Assembly (NCBI GenBank): GCA_028275885.1
Contig: JAPWTW010000001.1
Span: 53,745 to 85,744, forward strand
Reading direction: 5' to 3'
From: Candidatus Nanopusillus sp.
GTDB lineage: Archaea; Nanobdellota; Nanobdellia; Nanobdellales; Nanobdellaceae
DNA: 32,000 nucleotides
The notes under the pieces are model-generated. The model was given only the letters and a program-made list of their open reading frames with translations, was not told the origin of the DNA and searched no databases. Position numbers and translations under genes: made by a program. This document shows, piece by piece, positions 6,854-16,932 of this stretch (position 1 is the stretch's first letter; the number at the start of each line of letters is the position of its first letter).

Positions 6854-9295
6854 ATGAATGATAATGTAGATTTATCAAAGGTTCTCCAAGAATTAAATTC
6901 GGATTTGAATTATGGTTTAACAAAAGAGGAAGTTGATAGAAGGTTAAAAGAATATGGATATAATTTAATTGAAGAAAAAAAAGAAAGTAATTTGATTAAA
7001 TTTTTGAAAAAATTTATTTCATTTTCTTCAATAATGTTAGAAATTATTATAATCTTATATTTAATATTTGGAAGATATATAGATGCATCTTTAGTCTTAT
7101 CTTTATTATTTATTAATATATTAATATCTTTTATACATGAAGAAAAAGCAAATAAAGCATTGGAATTATTAAAAGAAAAATTACAAATACAAGCAAGGGT
7201 ATTAAGAGAAGGACAATGGAAATTAATTGAATCAAAATATTTAGTTCCTGGAGATATAATAAGATTAAGAGCTGGGGATATATCCCCTGCAGATTGTATA
7301 GTTGTTAGTGATGATATATTAGATGTAGATCAATCAATATTAACGGGAGAATCTTTAGCAGTTGAAAAGAAAAAAGGACAGATTGTATATTCAGGATCAA
7401 TTATAAGAAGAGGAGAAGCAAATTGTATTGTATATAAAACTGGAAAAAATACATATTTTGGTAAAACAGTAGAATTAGTATCTACAGCAAGACCAAAATT
7501 ACATATTGAGGAAATAATAAATAAAGTTATTTTTGCATTATTAATAATTGTATTAATATTTGGTGGATTAACATTACTATTTTCATTTTTATATGTTCAT
7601 AATTTAGAATTTATACTTTCTACAGTATTGCCTTTAATTATATCTTTGTTACTTTTTGCAATTCCAGTAGCATTACCAGCAATGATAACAGTTACATTGG
7701 CAGTTGGTTCTATGGAACTATCAAAAAAGGGAGCATTAATTACAAGATTATCTGCAATAGAAGATGTTGCAACAATGACAACATTATGTTCTGATAAAAC
7801 AGGTACTTTGACATATAATAAATTATCTATAACTGATATAAAGGAATTGGGTAATTATAAAAAAGAAGATGTAATATTATATGGAACATTAGCATCACAA
7901 GAATCAAATAATGATCCAATAGATATGGCATTTATTAATAAAGCCAAAGAAATTAATATAAATAAAAATGATTATAGGATATTAGAATTTAAACCATTTG
8001 ATCCTTCTACTAGAAGAACAGAAGCAAAAGTATTATATAAAGATAAAGTATTTTATGTATCAAAAGGTGCTGTAAATATTATATTTAATGACTTATGCAA
8101 AATGAATATACCAGAAGAAGTATCAAAAATAGTTGAAGATTTTGCATTGAGGGGTTATAGAACCTTGGCAGTTGCAATAAATAATAATAGTAAATGGGAA
8201 CCTGTTGGTCTTGTTGCATTATATGATGTTCCAAGAAAAGATACTCCAGAATTAATTAAAAAGTTAAAAGATCTTGGAATAAAAGTAAAAATGTTAACTG
8301 GAGATTTATTACCAATTGCAAAAGAAATTGGAAAAGAAATTGGATTAGATTATAATAAAGCAGTATCTGGAAATGAATTAAGAGAATTATTAAAAAGTGA
8401 TCCGGATAAAGCAAGGAAATTAATAAATGAATCTGAAATATTCGCAGAAATATATCCAGAAGATAAATATTATATTGTAAAAAATTTACAAGAGGAAAAA
8501 GAAATTGTTGGAATGACTGGAGATGGTGTAAATGATTCTCCATCATTAAAACAAGCAGAAGTTGGTATAGCAGTATATAATGCAACGGATGTTGCAAAAT
8601 CTGCAGCTTCTGTTGTATTAACAGTAGAAGGTTTACAATGTATTGTAGATTTAGTTACAATTGGAAGATCTGTATATCAAAGAGTTGTTACATGGATATT
8701 AACAAAAATACATAAAACAATAGAAATTGCAGTATTTGTTTTATCAGTGTTTTTATTTACAACTATTTTTTATCATAATCCATTATATATTTTATCATCT
8801 ACAGATGTATTATTATTTTTCTTTATTATAGATTTTCAAACAATAGCATTATCTGTAGATAATGAAAGAGGATCTCAATATCCTGAAAAATGGAATATAT
8901 TAAAATTAGTAGAATATGCAGGTATAATGGGTGTATTTACATTTTCTGAAATGGTCTTATTATTATATATAGCATTAAATATATTTAAAATAAATAATGT
9001 TCATCTTTTGCATTCTTTCTTCTTTATAGCAATAACATATTTTGGTCTATTAATGCCATATGTATTTAGGGAAAAAGACAGATTTTATAAATCAAAACCT
9101 AGTAAATCTTTCTTAATATCTACAATTGCAGGATTAGTAATTGCATCTATAATTTCATTGTTTGGATTTGGACTATTGGTTCCAATAAATATTTATTATT
9201 ATTTATTTATAGCATTGTATAGTCTATTTTTTATATTTTTGGTAAATGATAATATAAAAATATTATTAAAAAAGTTTGGTATTGGAAGGGCCTAA
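6854..9295 (+). CDS. P-type cation-transporting ATPase, P3A (plasma-membrane H+-ATPase)-like
   Basis: TGES, phosphorylation site CSDKTGTLT, hinge MTGDGVNDSPSLKQAEVGIAV, and a TM4 motif IPVALPAMITVTLAVG of the Pma1/AHA type rather than PEGLP. 813 aa with ~10 hydrophobic segments. Confidence 0.8.
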   Translation: MNDNVDLSKVLQELNSDLNYGLTKEEVDRRLKEYGYNLIEEKKESNLIKFLKKFISFSSIMLEIIIILYLIFGRYIDASLVLSLLFINILISFIHEEKANKALELLKEKLQIQARVLREGQWKLIESKYLVPGDIIRLRAGDISPADCIVVSDDILDVDQSILTGESLAVEKKKGQIVYSGSIIRRGEANCIVYKTGKNTYFGKTVELVSTARPKLHIEEIINKVIFALLIIVLIFGGLTLLFSFLYVHNLEFILSTVLPLIISLLLFAIPVALPAMITVTLAVGSMELSKKGALITRLSAIEDVATMTTLCSDKTGTLTYNKLSITDIKELGNYKKEDVILYGTLASQESNNDPIDMAFINKAKEININKNDYRILEFKPFDPSTRRTEAKVLYKDKVFYVSKGAVNIIFNDLCKMNIPEEVSKIVEDFALRGYRTLAVAINNNSKWEPVGLVALYDVPRKDTPELIKKLKDLGIKVKMLTGDLLPIAKEIGKEIGLDYNKAVSGNELRELLKSDPDKARKLINESEIFAEIYPEDKYYIVKNLQEEKEIVGMTGDGVNDSPSLKQAEVGIAVYNATDVAKSAASVVLTVEGLQCIVDLVTIGRSVYQRVVTWILTKIHKTIEIAVFVLSVFLFTTIFYHNPLYILSSTDVLLFFFIIDFQTIALSVDNERGSQYPEKWNILKLVEYAGIMGVFTFSEMVLLLYIALNIFKINNVHLLHSFFFIAITYFGLLMPYVFREKDRFYKSKPSKSFLISTIAGLVIASIISLFGFGLLVPINIYYYLFIALYSLFFIFLVNDNIKILLKKFGIGRA

Positions 9296-10842
9296 TATTT
9301 TTCGTAACCTTTTACAATCGGATTTTCTATCGTATATTCTGTCAATATTTTTACAGCTTCGCTTTCTGTTTTTTTCTTAACCATTGGAAATGGTATAATT
9401 TCTTTTATACTTTTTATTCCCAATAATAACATTATTACTCTATCTATACCTATTCCAATTCCTCCTGCAGGTGGCATTCCATACATTAATGCTTCTATAA
9501 AGTCTTGATCATATAAATGTGCTTCTTCAAAACCTAATTCTCTCATTTTTGCTTGTTCTAATAATAATTTATTTTGTAATATCGGATCATTTAATTCAGA
9601 ATATATGTTTGCAACTTCTACTCCTAAGATATATCCTTCAGCTCTTTCAACTAAAGAAGGATCTTTTCTACTTAATTTACATAAAGGTGTACTTTCTTTT
9701 GGATGTTCTATAATATATGTTGGTTCAATTAATTTATCTTCAACCAATTCTTCAAATAATGCAGTAATTGCTAAACCTCTGTTATATTCTTTTAATTCTA
9801 GTTGAATATTATTCTGTTTCATTATTTCTATTATTTCTTCATCAGATAATTTTGTTACATCTATATTTGCATATTCCTTTAATGCATCATACATTGTTAA
9901 CCTTCTCCAAGGTGGTTTTAATGATATTTTTTTACCATTATATTCAATATAATTCTTTCCAATAACATCCTTTGCAATTCCATATATTAAATTTTCCACT
10001 ATCTCCATCATTTTATCTCTATTTGCATATGCTTCATATGCTTCTAACATTATAAATTCTGGGTTATGGGTTACATCTATTGATTCATTTCTAAAATCTG
10101 GCCCAATTTCAAATACCTTATTAAATCCACCAACCATATACCTTTTTAAATATAGTTCTGTAGCAATCCTCAGATACCAATTTTCTTTTAAATCATTTAC
10201 ATATGTAATAAATGGTTTTGCATTTGCTCCTCCATATATTGGTTGCAATACCGGCGTTTGTACTTCTATATATCCTAAATTTTCAAAATATTTTCTTACA
10301 TAACTTATTGTTTTAAATCTTATTTCAAAATATCTTCTCACTTCATCATTCATTAATAAATCCAAATATCTTTTTCTATATCTTTCTTCTACATCGGTAA
10401 ATCCATACCATTGATCTGGTAAGGAAATTAACGCTTTTGTTAATATAATCCAATCTTCAGCAAATACCGATAATTCTCCAGCTTTTGTTCTTCCTATTTT
10501 TCCATATATACCAATTATATCTCCTCTTTGAATAAATTCGTACGCATCTTCAAAATTTTTTGTTATATCTTTTTTAATAACAACTTGTATTTTATAACCT
10601 TCTTCTTTTATATCATAAAATGCAATTCCACCATGTTTTCTAATTGAATAAACTCTTCCAGCAATTTTAACATATTTATCCATAAATTTATCAGGTTCAA
10701 TCACTATTTCCTTTATATCATTCGTCTTATCAAACTCATATGGATATGGATTATACCCTTTTTCTTTCATTCTTTCTAGCACTTTTAATCTATCTACGAT
10801 ATCTATTTCCAAACCGGTTTTAAGTGAGTCTTTGTCCCCCAT
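9292..10842 (-). CDS. lysS: Lysyl-tRNA synthetase, class II
   Basis: OB-fold anticodon-binding N-domain (VKIAGRVYSIRKHGGIAFYDI), motif 2 FRNESIDVTHNPEFIMLEAY and motif 3 PPAGGIGIGIDRVIMLL. The track start at 10917 is TTG, so I use ATG at 10842 (MGDKDSL). Confidence 0.9.
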   Translation of the reverse strand: MGDKDSLKTGLEIDIVDRLKVLERMKEKGYNPYPYEFDKTNDIKEIVIEPDKFMDKYVKIAGRVYSIRKHGGIAFYDIKEEGYKIQVVIKKDITKNFEDAYEFIQRGDIIGIYGKIGRTKAGELSVFAEDWIILTKALISLPDQWYGFTDVEERYRKRYLDLLMNDEVRRYFEIRFKTISYVRKYFENLGYIEVQTPVLQPIYGGANAKPFITYVNDLKENWYLRIATELYLKRYMVGGFNKVFEIGPDFRNESIDVTHNPEFIMLEAYEAYANRDKMMEIVENLIYGIAKDVIGKNYIEYNGKKISLKPPWRRLTMYDALKEYANIDVTKLSDEEIIEIMKQNNIQLELKEYNRGLAITALFEELVEDKLIEPTYIIEHPKESTPLCKLSRKDPSLVERAEGYILGVEVANIYSELNDPILQNKLLLEQAKMRELGFEEAHLYDQDFIEALMYGMPPAGGIGIGIDRVIMLLLGIKSIKEIIPFPMVKKKTESEAVKILTEYTIENPIVKGYEKY

Positions 10843-11415
10843 AGCATAATTGATTATAAAATTCAATTTATAGAATTTATCAATAGAAAAATCTTTATCA
10901 TTAGATCTTCCGATCAAAGTTCATATATAAACTAATTTAAAAAATATTTTTAAATTTTTAAGTTTTGATTAATATTATAATTTTTTATTGTATTTATAAC
11001 ATCTTTTTTAGATAAATATGCAACTCCTTCCATTAGATATTTTATATTTACCTTAATAATTTTATATTATATCATAATAATATTTTTATAACATAATTCA
11101 AGATTATAAGGATTTGATTTTTCTTCTTCAATATATTCTTTACATTCTCTATTTTTTCTTCTATAGAAGATTTATGTAACACTAATAGTTAGGGATATTA
11201 ATGTATATCATTTGAATATGGTGGTTTTATTATTTTAATACAAGCCTTCTATAAAACTGTTTTCATAATACTATCTAAGCTACATGTATATATTCATTAC
11301 TTAATAACATAACAATAATGGTTAATCTATAAATTCTACTATTTAAAATTTCAGTATATGAGATATAAATATATAAAATTTTTATTTTAAAATTTTCAAA
11401 AAGTATACATAATTT

Positions 11416-12015
11416 ATGATAACAGAATATATTAATGTATTTATTATTATGTTTATTATATTAGGAACTATTCCAAATATATTTGTATTTGAGTCTATTT
11501 TTGATTCTTTAGGATTAAATATAGATAAAAAAAGATATGCAATTAATAGAGCATTTCTAATTGCATATATATTATGGCTAATAATATTTTTGTTTGGTAA
11601 TTGGTTCTTAATAATTTTAGGAATAAATTTAATAGATTTTAGGATCGCCGGAGGAATATTTTTATTTTATATTGCATTTGAAATATTGATAAAAGATATT
11701 CCATCTCATGTAAATATAAAAGATAATAATGGATCTTTAGAAGATATTATTGCAACCCCGTTAGCTATTCCATTAATTACAGGTCCTGGTGTTATTACAA
11801 CAACATTAATTTATACATCTGAAAATCTCAATTTAATATATCTATTTTTATCAATGTCTTTAGCATTTCTAATCTCTTATATAATAATTTATAATAGTAC
11901 TTTAATATTGGAAAAAATTGGAAAGAAGAATTTAATTATTTTAAATAAATTAGGAGGTTTAATATTATTAGCAATAGCAATAGATATAATTATATCTGCG
12001 ATAAAAATGTTATAA
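11416..12015 (+). CDS. MarC-family (UPF0056) integral membrane protein
   Basis: Six hydrophobic segments and the family-typical IATPLAIPLITGPGVITTTL stretch. Confidence 0.65.
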   Translation: MITEYINVFIIMFIILGTIPNIFVFESIFDSLGLNIDKKRYAINRAFLIAYILWLIIFLFGNWFLIILGINLIDFRIAGGIFLFYIAFEILIKDIPSHVNIKDNNGSLEDIIATPLAIPLITGPGVITTTLIYTSENLNLIYLFLSMSLAFLISYIIIYNSTLILEKIGKKNLIILNKLGGLILLAIAIDIIISAIKML

Positions 12016-12195
12016 AAGACATTATTTGTATTGCTAAAGCATTCTTTTAAGAACTATATCTTTTATTTTTGTATTTCTAGAATATAATATGCAGCATATC
12101 TATTATATTGATTTTTTGTTGGTACTATTATAAGATAACTATAATTAAAAATTTTATAAGGAATATCAATATATTTTCATATGTATTTTCTACAT

Positions 12196-12936
12196 ATGAA
12201 ATTTATGATAATAATTCATAGAAAGACTGGTAAAAAATTTTATATAGAAAATAAAGATAAAGATTTTAATACGCATTTTGGAATAATAAAAAAAGAAGAT
12301 TTAAATAAAGAACCTGGTAGTATAATTAAATCACATTTAAATGAAGAATTTTTAATATTAGAAGATAATTTTAATGATTTAATTAGATATTTAAGAAGAG
12401 GACCTCAATCTATTCATGAAAAAGATATTGGATTATTATACTCATCAGTAAATATTTATCCAGGAATGAAAATTGTAGAAGGAGGGACAGGTTCTGGAAT
12501 ATTAACATCATATTTAGCAAATTCTGTAAGACCGAATGGAAAAGTATATTCATATGAAATTAGAGAGGATTTTTATAATATTGCAAAGAAAAATTTAGAA
12601 AAACTAAAATTATTAGATTATGTAGAATTAAAATTAAAAAATATTAATGAAGGAATTGATGAGAAAGATGTAGATTTAATAATATTGGATATACCAGATC
12701 CTTGGAATACATTAGAACATGCATATAATTCATTAAAGTTTGGCGGATATTTAGTATCTTTTTTACCAAATATAACATCTGTATTAAAATTATTAGATTC
12801 AAATAATAAATTCTTACTTATTGGGGTGTATGAAAATTTTTATAGAAAATGGATATATGAAAAAGGAAAAGTTCTTAGACCAAGAAATCTGGAATTGGTT
12901 CATACAGAATTTTTAGTATTATTTAGAAAAATATAA
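12196..12936 (+). CDS. trmI: tRNA (adenine-N1)-methyltransferase TrmI (Gcd14/Trm61 family)
   Basis: FNTHFGII, RGPQSIHEKD, SAM motif VEGGTGSGILTSYLA, VYSYEIREDF, LDIPDPW and C-terminal LVHTEFLVLFRKI. These align along the whole length with archaeal TrmI as I remember it. The start is ambiguous among ATGs at 12181, 12196 and 12205. Confidence 0.85.
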   Translation: MKFMIIIHRKTGKKFYIENKDKDFNTHFGIIKKEDLNKEPGSIIKSHLNEEFLILEDNFNDLIRYLRRGPQSIHEKDIGLLYSSVNIYPGMKIVEGGTGSGILTSYLANSVRPNGKVYSYEIREDFYNIAKKNLEKLKLLDYVELKLKNINEGIDEKDVDLIILDIPDPWNTLEHAYNSLKFGGYLVSFLPNITSVLKLLDSNNKFLLIGVYENFYRKWIYEKGKVLRPRNLELVHTEFLVLFRKI

Positions 12937-12995
12937 AATTTTCAGCTATCTTATTTTAACAAAAAATTTAACTTTCAAAATATTATAATAAAATT

Positions 12996-13832
12996 ATGGT
13001 GAAACATCCAAAGAAATTACATTTTGGTCCAGCAGGAGTTCCTTTATCTTCTAAAAAGAGAGATACATTAAATGGAATTATATATACATATGAAGAATTA
13101 AATTTGGATGGATTTGAAATAGAATTTACATATGGTGTAAAATTAAAAGAAGATGTTGCAAATAATATAAATGAATATATAAGGGATAAAGAATTTATAT
13201 TAACATGTCATGCCCCATATTATATTAATTTAAATTCTACTGAAGAATCAAAAATAAATAAATCAATAGATATGTTATATAATGCTGCAAGATTATTATA
13301 TTTATCTGGAGGATATTCTGTTGTTTTCCATCCTGGCTGGTATTTGAATAATTCAAAAGAAGATACATATAATGTAGTAAAGGAAAACATAAAGAAATTA
13401 ATTGATAAATTAAAGGATGAAAGTATTGATATTTATATAAGACCAGAAACAATGGAATTACCGAAAAAATTCGGTGATATAGATGAAATAATAAAACTAT
13501 CTCAAGATATAGAAAATGTTTTACCTGCAGTAGATTTTGCTCATTTAAGATATAGAAGTAATAGAAATGATATAGATTATTTTAGAGAAATACTAGATAA
13601 AACGGAAAATGAACTTGGAAGAGAAGCTTTAGATAATATGCACATTCATATGTCAGGAATAACTTTAGATAAAAAGGGTACACATATAAATTTAGAAGAA
13701 TCCGATATGCCTTGGAAAGATATATTAAAATTATTAAAAGAATATAAGGTTAAAGGTATTGTAATTTCAGAATCTCCAAATATTGAGCAAGATGCTATTA
13801 GAATGAGAGATTATTATAAAAAATTAAAGTAG
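12996..13832 (+). CDS. Endonuclease IV-like AP endonuclease (xylose-isomerase-like TIM barrel)
   Basis: CHAPYYINLNS, VVFHPGW, RPET, VDFAHL and MHIHMSG..KGTHINL follow the metal-ligand strand pattern of Nfo-family TIM barrels. Assignment within the superfamily is not certain. Confidence 0.55.
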   Translation: MVKHPKKLHFGPAGVPLSSKKRDTLNGIIYTYEELNLDGFEIEFTYGVKLKEDVANNINEYIRDKEFILTCHAPYYINLNSTEESKINKSIDMLYNAARLLYLSGGYSVVFHPGWYLNNSKEDTYNVVKENIKKLIDKLKDESIDIYIRPETMELPKKFGDIDEIIKLSQDIENVLPAVDFAHLRYRSNRNDIDYFREILDKTENELGREALDNMHIHMSGITLDKKGTHINLEESDMPWKDILKLLKEYKVKGIVISESPNIEQDAIRMRDYYKKLK

Positions 13833-15326
13833 ATTTTTTGCCAAATTAATAAATGCTGGTCTTGTTAATAAATATCCTACCCAAACAGTAATTATTACCA
13901 TAATTGCAAATCCCTTATATAATGATAAACCTGCTACAAATGCTGGTAATACAGATAAACTCTCTAATATAATTGCTAACAATATAATAAACATAGCCTT
14001 TTTGATTGCTTTATCCAGTCTTTCAACATTATCTGTCTTTACTTCATTATTTCTTTCTTTCTTTGCTCTTAATATTTCTTCAACAGCTACTAATTGATCA
14101 TCTATACCGGTTGCGGTTCCAAATATGATACCAATAAATGCTGGAATGTCAAATGTCTGACGTAGTGTTATGCCTATTGCAAATGAGATTAAGAATTCTG
14201 ATATTAATACTAATGTAAGTAAAGCTGGTACTTTTATATTTCTATATGCTATATATAGTATTATAAATATTCCAATAAATACTAGTAATAGTACTAATTC
14301 AAAAGATTTTAATATATAAAATCCAAATATTGGTGGAATTACTGATTCTTGAACAATATTAAATTTTGAAGGTAATTGTCCATTTTCTAATATTATATAT
14401 AAATTATATGCCTGTTGCTTTGCATTATTTTCTGCTTGTGCCATGGTATTTCCAGTTCCAGATACTTGAATACTAACTTGTTGGGTATTTGAACCTTTTA
14501 AATTTGCAGCAATTAACAATGTTGATACATTTTGATTATCTAAATAGAATACTATTGGTTCACTTAAATATGCACCTCCGCCTTGTAATACTACAGATAA
14601 GTTTTGTGTAGCTTTTGCAAAATTATTAGCAGCTTCTTGTGATAATAATAATGTGAAATAATATGTACATACATACTGATTGCCTACTGGAGAACATCCT
14701 AATAAACCAGAATATTGTCCTCCGAACAATGGTTTTATATCCGAACCAGTAAATACTGTTGTATTACCAATTTTTGCATAAAATTCCCCCTGCTTAATTA
14801 TATAAGGAATTAAATCTCCTTCAGAGTATGGGAGTTGTACTATTATATATCCTTCGGATGTTGGATATATATTTATTGATTTAACACCAAAAGAATTTAA
14901 TCTATTTTCAATTACTTGTGCAGCAATAGATACTTCATGAGGAGTTAATGGTTTTGAAGAATTTAATATTAATAAATAACCTCCAGCAATATCTATTCCA
15001 TAAGATATTAAAGAAGATTGTGTAATATTTGTTTCATTTATTAGTAATTGATATTGATATGGTTCTAAAATAATATTCCCATTACTTGTACTTATTTGTA
15101 AAAATGAGGAATTAATATTATTATATATGCATGTATAATAAGAATTTATTGAATTTACTCGACAACCATTTATTGAATATATATATGTACCATTTGGCAA
15201 AATAGTACTGGAAGTAACTTCTACTTTATTATTAGTTAATGCATATGCATCAAATACTAAAGCTGCAATAAAAATTATAATAAAAATTAAAACTCTCCAA
15301 TTTTTCAATAATGATTTAATGTCCAT
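13824..15326 (-). CDS. secD: SecD-like protein-export membrane protein
   Basis: N-terminal TM helix, a large extracytoplasmic domain with GIDIAGGYLL (cf. GLDLxGG), and a C-terminal multi-TM bundle with GTATGIDDQLVAVEEI and YKGFAIMVIITVWVGYLLTRP. No adjacent SecF. Confidence 0.6.
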   Translation of the reverse strand: MDIKSLLKNWRVLIFIIIFIAALVFDAYALTNNKVEVTSSTILPNGTYIYSINGCRVNSINSYYTCIYNNINSSFLQISTSNGNIILEPYQYQLLINETNITQSSLISYGIDIAGGYLLILNSSKPLTPHEVSIAAQVIENRLNSFGVKSINIYPTSEGYIIVQLPYSEGDLIPYIIKQGEFYAKIGNTTVFTGSDIKPLFGGQYSGLLGCSPVGNQYVCTYYFTLLLSQEAANNFAKATQNLSVVLQGGGAYLSEPIVFYLDNQNVSTLLIAANLKGSNTQQVSIQVSGTGNTMAQAENNAKQQAYNLYIILENGQLPSKFNIVQESVIPPIFGFYILKSFELVLLLVFIGIFIILYIAYRNIKVPALLTLVLISEFLISFAIGITLRQTFDIPAFIGIIFGTATGIDDQLVAVEEILRAKKERNNEVKTDNVERLDKAIKKAMFIILLAIILESLSVLPAFVAGLSLYKGFAIMVIITVWVGYLLTRPAFINLAKNLL

Positions 15327-15350
15327 ATTAATGTTTTATGTAAAATATTT

Positions 15351-15932
15351 TTATGGTTTTCCCCTTGAATATCCCTTTGTTATTCCCATTGCAATTAGGT
15401 GTGCAACTCTAATTGGTTCAGGAATTCTAGAATGTACAGACGTCAATTTAATTATATTTATTACATCATTATATTCTAATCCATAATATTGAAAATATAA
15501 AGTTCCATATTTAGTTTTATAACTCTTTGGCTCTGGATATTTTTTTACTATTTCTAATCTTTTTTCATAATCTCTTGTATGCCTAATTGCTTCTATAAAT
15601 TTATTTATATTTGGTTTTTTCCTTACAAAAGATATTATGGGTATTTTTAATTCATTATATAAATATTCAAAATCTATTAAATTAAATCCACCAAAAGATA
15701 TTCCATTTGTTGCTATTATTCTTAGCTGATCATAATGCTTTGTTCTTTTTATCATTTCAATTATCTTATCATTTACGTCAAATCCATCTATTTCAATTTT
15801 ATTTGATAATACTCCATCTATTTGTAATGGCCCTCTCATAATGACTCCAACAATTATTGTATATTTATCTTTATTTCTATCAAAATATCCGTCATCAATT
15901 CCTAATATTCTTATTTCTCTTTTGATATCCAT
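15351..15932 (-). CDS. UPF0215/DUF99 family protein (endonuclease V-like fold family)
   Basis: ILGIDDGYF..VGVIMRG..IDGV..QLRIIATNGISFGGFNLID..PIISFVRKKP matches the conserved DUF99 pattern. Confidence 0.6.
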   Translation of the reverse strand: MDIKREIRILGIDDGYFDRNKDKYTIIVGVIMRGPLQIDGVLSNKIEIDGFDVNDKIIEMIKRTKHYDQLRIIATNGISFGGFNLIDFEYLYNELKIPIISFVRKKPNINKFIEAIRHTRDYEKRLEIVKKYPEPKSYKTKYGTLYFQYYGLEYNDVINIIKLTSVHSRIPEPIRVAHLIAMGITKGYSRGKP

Positions 15933-16492
15933 TTACTAAAATATTTTTCCCAATCGAATTTAAAAAATATTATACTGAATATAATGAACATTATTACAGA
16001 TATCACAGATAATTCAAATAAAGGTATGTGTGTGAAATTGCTCACTTTTTTTAAAACAAATATTTCAGCATATAATTCTGAAAAAGATTTTAGTATTCTT
16101 GCTGGAACTGCTATTAAATAATATTTTAATATATTAAGTCTTTCAATTCCAAATGATAAAAATAATAGATCATCAAATGGAACAAGTGGTAATAAATTAA
16201 GAAAGAAAAAAACTATATAAAATTTTTTATTATTCGATATTCTTTTTATGAATAATAAATTTTTATTATTTCTTAGAGGTTTTGATAAAAAAATACCGAT
16301 AGTATATGTTACAACCTTTCCAGTGGCCGATCCTATGCCTAAAATAATAGATGCTAAAACAACATTATATATATTTATTCCGATAACAGACAATACAGGT
16401 ATTGTTAATAATGTAGAAGATCCAATAGATAGAGGAAGAGAATTTAATATAAAAGATTCAAAATATATATATAATATATAATATATGTTCAT
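15911..16492 (-). CDS. Integral membrane protein, possibly DedA/VTT-domain family
   Basis: 5-6 hydrophobic segments. LLPLVPFDDLLFLSFGIERLNILKYYLIAVPARILKS weakly resembles the VTT re-entrant region. ATGA overlap with upstream mbf1. Confidence 0.35.
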   Translation of the reverse strand: MNIYYILYIYFESFILNSLPLSIGSSTLLTIPVLSVIGINIYNVVLASIILGIGSATGKVVTYTIGIFLSKPLRNNKNLLFIKRISNNKKFYIVFFFLNLLPLVPFDDLLFLSFGIERLNILKYYLIAVPARILKSFSELYAEIFVLKKVSNFTHIPLFELSVISVIMFIIFSIIFFKFDWEKYFSKWISKEK

Positions 16493-16932
16493 TCTTCAAA
16501 TTCTAAAATATCTCCAACAGTTATATAATTTTTATTATCTTTATTATTTATTTTTTCAGTTAATACTTCTTTTTTAGTTATTTTTATTCCTAATATTTTT
16601 TCAATTTTCTTAGCTAAATTTATATCTGGTATAATCTTTTTGTTTTCTATTGATTTATATAAACTTTCTTTTATCCCTAATAATTTTGCCATGTCTTCTT
16701 GCCTTAATTTATGTTCTTCTCTATATTTTATTAATATTTTATTATAGTTTTCATCTATAACTTCTCCAACAATTTCTTTTATTTCTAATTTATTTTCTTT
16801 TATTATATTTTCATTTTCATCAACAAGCTTTCCATATTTTAAGCAATCTTTACATACATTTAATATTGTACCTTCTATATATACTTTATACAATTTATCT
16901 GTACTTTTTCCACATAGTTCACACGTTTTCAT
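16489..16932 (-). CDS. mbf1: Archaeal multiprotein-bridging factor 1 (zinc ribbon + HTH_3)
   Basis: N-terminal CELCG..(17)..CKDC zinc ribbon and a C-terminal Cro/C1-type HTH (REEHKLRQEDMAKLLGIKESLYKSIENKKIIPDINLAKKIEKILGIKI). Confidence 0.8.
   Translation of the reverse strand: MKTCELCGKSTDKLYKVYIEGTILNVCKDCLKYGKLVDENENIIKENKLEIKEIVGEVIDENYNKILIKYREEHKLRQEDMAKLLGIKESLYKSIENKKIIPDINLAKKIEKILGIKITKKEVLTEKINNKDNKNYITVGDILEFEE

Noticed and set aside
8256-8597. Minus-strand 113-aa ORF inside the P-type ATPase
   Set aside because: It is antisense to the best-conserved part of the pump (hinge/GDGVND region), and its translation is L/Q/F-rich junk.
9519-9965. Three plus-strand ORFs (9519..9713, 9605..9805, 9768..9965)
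   Set aside because: All are nested antisense within lysS and have low-complexity composition.
13237-13452. Minus-strand 71-aa ORF
   Set aside because: It is antisense within the EndoIV-like gene.
16248-16481. Plus-strand 77-aa ORF
   Set aside because: It is antisense within the DedA-like membrane gene, and the minus-strand ORF fits the overlapping operon structure.
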